DNA of 54,616 nt, filler included, from Sphacelaria rigidula (taxonomy: Eukaryota): the NCBI GenBank assembly GCA_964200075.2. It is 4 parts of 4 records of this genome, joined end to end, with 100 filler letters (N's around TTAATTAATTAA, not from the genome) between each part and the next. Parts side by side here need not be neighbours in the genome. Positions count along the whole stretch, not along the records: positions 41,039 to 54,616 come from CAXNAA020002791.1; 3 more parts are not named here. One strand, written 5' to 3'. The translations under genes and the position numbers were made by a program. Each line of letters begins with the position of its first letter. Position 1 is the stretch's first letter. The notes below the pieces were generated by a model, which saw nothing but the letters and a program-made list of their open reading frames with translations, made no database searches and was not told where the DNA came from. Shown here piece after piece: positions 47,484 through 54,616 of this stretch.

Positions 47484-50400
47484 ATGACGTCTGCAGCAGC
47501 TGCAACACAGACAAGAGAAGAAGCGCTCAAGTTTTTGGTGAGAATTTATGCCTAGCCGTAGCGTGGCAACGTTGCTGCGATGCTATGCAAAGCTCTAGAT
47601 CATACTTCTCATCTCTCGTCGTTGAATATGGTTATTCCGCCGCACTTTGAACTGAACCCTTTATGTTGGAGACGTCGACGAGAGCACTCTCCCGTGTGCT
47701 ATCCCTTGCTGCTGTATTATGGCCAGGCATTCTCTAGCTCGGTGAAGGTAGAGTTCTGGACGGAGCTGGCCGCTCGGAAGTTGGACACTTATCGCTTAAA
47801 CGACGATGCACAGGTACGGAATACTGGCAAACCTTCTTGCAGAGGACTAATAGGCAAACGTTTTCCCAAGCGCAATCACGACAGACTGTCGGCCTTGTCG
47901 TTCTGAAGACCGTTGACTTCAATGTTCTGCGCTTCGACTCTTCGTGTGTTGGTTCTGTTTTCCCGACCAAAGCTGGAGCTTTATGTAGGCATGCCTGCAG
48001 CTTTATTGGACTTGTAAACTAGGTGTACCGCCAAATAGGGCGATCTGTGTGTTGACACGAAAGTAGAACCCTGCAGAAAACTTGAGCTTCAACTGCAACC
48101 CAGGTTTTTCAGCGACACCAGCACCGGGTTTTCGACGGTAACATCGATCTCCGTTCAGTTGCTTGTCCGATACCAACCTTTAGGAATCTATACTGTAATC
48201 TAGTTGAAACCTCATCACGTGGCTTGCCCTTCGCCGTCCTCTCAACAGCCCATCGTGGGAGTTTACGGATCGGGGCACGATGCCCGCGGACGGTGCCGTC
48301 TTTCTCTCCTCGGAGAACAGTCGTTCACGACCGAGGGAGAGAACGCCCGGGACGGAGCAGGGCCGGGGGCGCGATTTCAGGAGTGTCGCGCGCTGGGGTA
48401 CATCAAGAATGTCAACACGAAAGAGGTATGATTATATGATCAACACCAAGTTTTTTACGAGTATGCTGTTGTTTCCTGTTCCCAATTCAAAGGAGCTCTC
48501 CGTACGCCACGTGTCGCGACGATGCTATCAGTCTCCGTCTATACACGAGAGTACCCTCTGCAGGCCACACCGGATGGCGTGCTTCACTCCAAACTTTCCA
48601 GTTCAACCTTCTCGCTGTTTTTGCGACGATACAATCTCAGTTCACAGCAAGATTTCGTCGGCTGCATGCCCGTCGCGTGCATGCTACTCACGCGTGCATG
48701 CATATTACCTTGTTGTTCGGCCATGCCCGGACGCTTTAGAGTACGTGTTTCGTACTTCGCTTGCACAACACGTTGACCCCCCCCACCCCCCCACCCCCAC
48801 GCGCGCGCTCTCCCGACACTAAAAAATGTCCGACATACGTGGACGACGCATCGCTGAGTCACGCGTGGAGAACGCACACCACGAGTCCCCTCTTTTAATC
48901 AACATCACCATAGCTGTTACCTGCAGCAGAGAAATGCCATGCATTGTACGTTAGACGCGAGATTACATCTTTTTTCGCTGTAAAACCGATTAGGCATTGG
49001 TATGAAGGTTGACGTGCAAACCTGATACGTCCATCAAAAGAGGTTTAACTGAATGGTCTGGTGATTTTTTTGTTTTGTTTCAGAAGCCACTTTCGCTCTC
49101 CCTCTCTTCTACAAACGCACCCGCAAACACCAGGCCTTCAAGGATCTGGACAAGCGAGCGACGCTAGCAAGAATTGCGTCCGAGGTATGGGACGACGCCG
49201 TGGAGAGCAACAGGGCGGTGGTGGAGCCAGAACGCCTCTTACGGTTTCTCTTGCTCACCTTCGCTGACCTGAAAAAGAGTTCATTCCTCTATTGGTTCGC
49301 CTTTCCCACGCTGGGCGGACAGGGACTGTTTCGACTGGCCTCCACACCCGCACCAGCCTCTTCTCGCCTCAAAACTCCGGCGGAGACTGCCGCGGTTGTT
49401 CGGGGATTGTCAAGGCTGTGGGCGCGATCTGTTGAGAACACTGGCCGCCCCGGCTGTCCCCCGTATTTTGTCGTTGTTTTAAGCGAAGGAGAGGGAGGAG
49501 GTGAGGGAGGAGGTGCAGGGGAACGGCAGCGTCCAAGCGACAATGTGCGTGTGTTATCACTGTTGGAGTATGAGGCTGAGAGGGGCGGTGCCGAGAACCG
49601 AGAAGGTGGGGAAGTGGTAGGAAGAGATGAAACAAAGGCGGGTTTTTCTACTACAGTACTATTCGGGTTTGTGGACCCTTGCTCGGACGCCGCAGGGACG
49701 CCCGGGTGGCCCCTGAGGAATTTTTTGACGCTGCTGTCGGCGAGGTGGGGCGTGACGAGAGCCACTGTGCTTTGCTTCCGAGAGTTCTTGCCGCGGGCCG
49801 CTGCGGCGGCGACCAGGAGTGAGGAAGGGCCGGGAGTAACACCTGCTTCCCACGTCGACGGTACGGGCGGACATGAAATGGAGCTCATGAAGCGATCATA
49901 TGTAGGACTTTTTTGCGTAGATGTAGCACACGCCGTGTGCTGTGCTTCCAGTATTGTGTTGTGCCCTTTTGATGAACGCGAGTATCATTTAGATGATGCA
50001 CAGATTGTGCAAATTTTGTTGAATGCATTTTGGGCAGTATTAAGTCTATTCCGATGCCATGTTTCGCCTCCTTTGACCCACTGCCGCCCCGCCCCCCTAC
50101 CCCCTGTGTCCTGTGTCCCTCGTTCGGGGCGCAGACCGAACCCAACCGAATCTTGATCGCAGCGTACTATTGGACATTGACCTGTCCTCTGCGCCGTCAA
50201 CAGCGAATGGGGACCTCGAGGCCGCCAAGGCAGCATGGCTGCCAGATCGTGTTGGATCCATGGGCTGGGAGCCCAACGCGGCGGGGAAACCGGGACCCCG
50301 GATGGCTGACCTGAGCTCTGTCCTGGATCCGGCGCGACTCGCAGAAAATAGTGTGCGCTTGAACATCAAGCTCATGCGTTGGCGCGCTCTGCCGACTTTG

Positions 50401-52163
50401 GACGTGGATTTGCTTTCGCAGACCAAGTGCTTACTCCTGGGGGCGGGTAAGGAGGCGGGGAGAATTGATCATATAGTTTCAAGATGGCTTGGAGGGTTGC
50501 TGAATCCTGAGTAGGGTATAGTGAATGGGTCAGGGGCTGCCTTCCTACTCATTACATTCGATTAAGTTAGCCATCAATATGCCGCCCTAAACCTCGCATG
50601 TTGTATGGAACAGCTTCCAACGGTCAGACCCGCCTCTGCTTGAGATGCCATCTCTTCTCGTTCACAGACCCTCGACGTTCTCATGGGTTATCTCTCTGAG
50701 CAAACATTATATACCTATCCATGTTGCAACCTGCTGCAGGTACACTTGGGTGTGCTGTGGCTCGTTGCTTGCTAGGCTGGGGAGTGCAGCACATATCCTT
50801 CGCGGACAACGGTCGAGTGGCGTACTCCAACCCTGTCCGACAATCGCTCTTTAATTTCGAAGACTGCAAAGGGGGGGGTAAATTTAAGGCTGAGGCAGCG
50901 GCGGCGTCTCTGGGTGATGTTTACCCCGGCGTAAGATCGAACGGTCATGTGCTCACCATTCCCATGCCAGGGCACCCGTTTGCGACGCCCGCCGAGGTAG
51001 CCTCTGCGAAACGCGACGCGGAGACATTGGAAGCTCTCGTTTCGTCTCACGACGTGGTGTTCGTCTTGACGGACTCGAGGGAGTCGCGGTGGCTGCCGAC
51101 CCTGCTCTCCGCTAAGCACGACAAGATTTGTATCAATGCCGCCCTCGGCCTAGACTCGTTCCTGGTGGTTCGGCACGGCGGATCTCCGGCGGTCGACGCT
51201 AGTGCGGCGCCTAGACTCGGCTGCTACTTCTGTACAGACGTGGTTGCGCCCGAGAATTCTTCTCTGAACCGCACGCTCGACCAGCAGTGTACCGTGACGC
51301 GCCCGGGCTTGGCACCGATCGCGGCAGCCACGGCGGTGGAAATGACGGTGGGCTTGCTGCACCACCCCTTGAGGCAGCGAGCTCCGGCGGATGATAGTGC
51401 GGAGCGGGCGAAGGTGTTGGGGGCGGCGCAGGCGGCGGCAGCGGCAGGCGATGGAGGACAGCCCCTTGGAGCTCTCCCACACCAGGTGCGTCTTCTCGGA
51501 CTTACATTTGGGAAGGGCGGGAGGGCGGGGAGGTGGGGCCGGTGAAGTGTGTGACCTTCGTATGTTGCATGTTTGATACGTGTGACCTCTTCGTGTGAGA
51601 TTCACAACACCAGAGCAGTAAACAACATAATTGAAAACGTGACAAAAGTATATGTCGCAGTAGTACTACACAGTGGAATTACACTGAAATTCAGCGTGAC
51701 TTCAACAACTGCCAGCACTTCAGAGACTCGCGTATTATAGTTTGTTGCCGACGTTACGATAGCATGTTGTTGTTCAGAGTGCTAAAATTTGCGATAGACA
51801 CTGCACGGTTCTCTGCAACGATGCCGTAAGCATGCATGCCCGTCAGATTTTCGTATTTCGTCTCTTCATCTGGCTTATCAAATTGTTTCGTTGTCAAATG
51901 CCTCGTGGTTCATTGCTGCATAAAGTCATGACAACGTTAATGTCTTGTTCTCGCTCGGTGCTTGTGTACTTCGCCCGTCAGGTTCGCGGGTTTGTCGCGA
52001 GCTTCACCTCTGTTACACCATCAGCAGCAGCCTTCGACCGATGCACCGCTTGCTCGGGCGCAGTCGTCGCTGCTCACGAGTCTGATGGGTGGGAATTCGT
52101 GGAGAAGGCCTGCCGATTACCGCAGGTGCTTGAGGAAGTTTCCGGGCTCGAGGAAATGCGGAG
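47484..52163 (+). CDS. ATG7: Autophagy E1-like enzyme ATG7; 7 exons, last exon(s) not found before the contig end
   Basis: Exons 47484-47537 (MTSAAAATQTREEALKFL), 47727-47813 (AFSSSVKVEFWTELAARKLDTYRL), 48249-48425 (...GYIKNVNTKE), 49134-49860 (AFKDLDK...FLLLTFADLKK..F.YWFAFP...FVDP...PGWPLRNFL), 50135-50446 (GWEPN...PRMADLS..LDPARLAENSVRLNIKLMRWRALP...KCLLLGAG), 50740-51485 (TLGCAVARCLLGWGV...YSNPVRQSLF...LTDSRESRWLP...RLGCYFCTDVVAP..S..NRTLDQQCTVTRPG...PHQ), 51982-52163 (VRGF...FDRCTACS). Catalytic Cys codon at 51288-51290. All phases are consistent. Confidence 0.97.
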
Positions 52164-52438
52164 GTACGTGGGCGAGATACAGGGTGATTCGCACTCTCGA
52201 CCCAAAATTCACTGCTGTACTCAGCAAATGCCTTCCGCTATACATCCCCAATTGTCACATGCATATTATCATATCGGCCGTCATGGATAAATGAAGAGGG
52301 TGACATAGCCGGAGTTTTGTTCAAGACCGTAGTGGTGGTGCTAAGGGTGAAAAAAAGAGAAAAAGGTACATCGACCAATCAGTGGCCTTGATATTGTCTT
52401 GAATTTGAAATGCGAATTCCCACGCCAATTTCAACCTA

Positions 52439-53602
52439 CAGGCTGGGCCGGCCAAGACGCGAATTTGTGGTGTGCAGACCCCGTCTCACCTCAATTTTGC
52501 GAGTTGGACTTTGAAATTTTGGTACGGAGGAAGAATAGGGCATACTGAAACGCTGTCGATCGAGACAAGATTTTTTTTTTCGTGAGTTGATGGCAATAAT
52601 CAGTATCTAGATACCAGGAAAATACCGTCAATTCACGAAAAAACAAGAAACTGCTCGTCCCAATCGAAAGCGTTTTAGCATGCCCTATTCTTCCTCCGTA
52701 CCAAATTTCAAAGTCCACCTCGCAAAATTAAGGTGAGACCAGGCGGTTCGGAACAATATTTTCCAGGCGATTCACCGGCCCAGGTTTGGTGCTTATGTTT
52801 TGATTTTTTTGTGGGACCTCGCTAGGCCATGGAAAAAACAATAGTGAAGAAGGTTGACATGTATATTTTTTCAGTTGCTTAGGACGCTCAAGTCTAGTGA
52901 AGACCATATTTTCACGAGAAAGCCGTTACTCCTCCAAAGAAGGAAATTAAAGGCCCATTATTTTTCTTATTCGGCATGCCTTTGCGATTCTCCATGATGA
53001 GTTTCAAATCTCAATTGTTCAAATTGAGCTGAAAAACTGAGATGAGGTCCGAGAGCATCGTCCATTTTCCCTCAACACTCCCCTACTAGAACAGAAGATA
53101 GAAGAAAAATGAAAATTATGTTTTTTTTCTTCGTTATGCACCAGCGATTCTCCATACCAGTTTTCAAAGCACAGCTGTCGAAAACTGAGACGCAGTATCC
53201 AGATTTAGTGCATCAAGTGCCCCTGCTCGAAATGTATTGATTTTAATATAGAACCTTATGTGCGCCATACCTCGAGACAGATTACGAATTAGGCAAAAGT
53301 GGAGGTATCGATCGTTTCCCCGTGCTCCAGGGAATGTCCACACCAGAAATCGTCATCATCCGCTGTATATATCTTTCGGGGTTTTATATAAACTTTAGTA
53401 TAGATACTATCTCTGTATGGTATGGGAACTACTAGAAATGGGATTTAATCAACGAGAAAAAATTGGCCCAGACTTTTGAGCACATAGGCACCTTCCCCAT
53501 GATCAGACGATTAATACGATATACAGATCACGACCCAATTCGTCTGTGTCGATGAGATATTGCTTTGAGAGCTTGAATCCGCATCTAGGCCGGCCCAGCT
53601 CG
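52439..53602. mobile_element. TA-flanked (Tc1/mariner-like) non-autonomous element in ATG7 intron, with internal foldback
   Basis: TA|CAGGCTGGGCCGGCCAAGACGCGAATT...AATCCGCATCTAGGCCGGCCCAGCTCG|TA; internal inverted repeat 52483-52739 with about 85-bp arms. Confidence 0.75.
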
Positions 53603-53815
53603 TATAATGATCTCCACATACTTCACCATGTAGTGACCGCCATCAGCTCGAGAACCTAACCGCAAAAACAGATTTGAGAGCAGTTTTCATGGAATCGAAT
53701 TATACCCCGAACTGTGGTATTTCGATGACGTGGGGTTTTGGCGTCGTCGGATTTCCATTGATATTAACCATCAAAGAGCCAGAAAGACTCCCGACGGTTT
53801 TCCTTATATATGTCG

Positions 53816-54135
53816 TCGCGCCCCGGTGGTGTATGGGTCCGACTGTCGCTACTAGGGTGGAGAAACGGGGGTTCGATTCCCGATGCGTTGGGTTTTTTCT
53901 TCGTAATGTATGATTTCCACCGTGGCAAGCGTGGAAAACGTGAGTAAACAAAGTAGTCGACTGAGTTTGTCTGACGTGAGTTGACGCGGTGTGGGAGTGC
54001 TGATCCAACCCGCGAGACCAAAATGAAAGGCGCGTACCGGGGGAGAGATGGGTTGATCCCTTGAAACCACGGACTCATCCCGAGGAAGGGAAAGGGTTCA
54101 AAGTGTGAGGAGAAAAAAGAAAATGGTACATGGAA
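53816..54135 (+). mobile_element. tRNA-derived SINE-like element (head and body)
   Basis: A-box-like GGTGGTGTATGG, B-box GGGTTCGATTCCC at about 53869-53881, then a T run and a body repeated at 40190-40352 and 43412-43490. Confidence 0.7.
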
Positions 54136-54250
54136 CTCATCCGAATCAAGCCGTGGGCCGCAATAGAGACAGAAAACACTTGCTACTACGAGCTAGAGTA
54201 AGCTCGAGCAAAATGGGACAAGACAAAATATGAACAGGGGAGTCTCTCTG

Positions 54251-54500
54251 CGATAGCATCCCCCCCTCAAAACCAGCCCAAAACTGTCACGAAAGAAAAT
54301 GGTCATACAGCTACAGCGCCTGAGGTTTGTCTGGTTTCAGGCTGCATGAAGCGCCTAATGTGGGCGGGATCGGCGAAAACGAACGCAAGCGTGGGAATTT
54401 CGAGGTGCTCGTTGTGCTCGGCTTCCTTCATTCCGATTTTCGTGTAGATTTTGCCTCCATAAACTGGCCACTTTTGGGGGGAGTTATCGTAGAAAGTGTC
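54251..54500 (+). mobile_element. MITE, CGATAGCCCCCC family
   Basis: CGATAGCATCCCCCC...GGGGGGAGTTATCGTAGAAAGTGTC; interior similar to 43766-43993. Confidence 0.8.
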
Positions 54501-54539
54501 AGGGGAGTACAACCAAAGCAAACTGAAAAGAAGAGGAAA

Positions 54540-54616
54540 GGGGACGGGGGGCGTACTCATTTGTTGCTTGCCTTGGTCATTTGACCATTGACCACGCATC
54601 CCTTTCGAGACGGAGC
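54540..54616. repeat. End of a repeat shared with 13500-13580
   Basis: Same 35-bp identical stretch, with upstream similarity (CTCAT.TGTTGCTTGCCTT). Confidence 0.85.

Noticed and set aside
49289..49888. 199-aa antisense ORF
   Set aside because: Shadow of the GC-rich ATG7 exon.
3700..52163. Functional gene cluster (dehydrogenase-WSC, P450, EF-hand, HAD, ATG7)
   Set aside because: The genes sit on four artificially joined contigs; only HAD and ATG7 are truly adjacent.
53818..53895. Functional tRNA gene
   Set aside because: A/B boxes are present but no acceptor or anticodon stems form, and a repeated body follows.

Overview
Eukaryotic, intron-rich DNA, most likely from a brown alga (Ectocarpales-like; inferred from the WSC-domain gene, short exons with 0.1-1.5 kb introns and abundant MITEs). 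It is not one locus. Three 100-bp artificial linkers (N44-TTAATTAATTAA-N44) join four contigs of 13,580, 13,580, 13,578 and 13,578 bp, which looks like length-sorted unplaced contigs. Splicing by hand (GT/GC-AG plus phase matching) gives five genes. Contig 1: 3' part of a glucose/sorbosone-dehydrogenase-like beta-propeller fused to four WSC domains (- strand, 11 exons). Contig 2: nested MITEs and foldbacks, a composite hAT-like element carrying about 600 bp of cargo, a 24-bp minisatellite and the 5' end of a cytochrome P450 with a stop at codon 2. Contig 3: a multi-exon, largely disordered EF-hand protein gene with a GC-AG intron (- strand). Contig 4: a HAD-IIB-type hydrolase (- strand) head-to-head with ATG7 (+ strand, 3' end missing), plus MITEs and tRNA-derived SINE-like elements. 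Best novelty candidates are the modular dehydrogenase-WSC4 gene and the cargo-carrying composite transposon. No CRISPR, rRNA or intact tRNA was seen.
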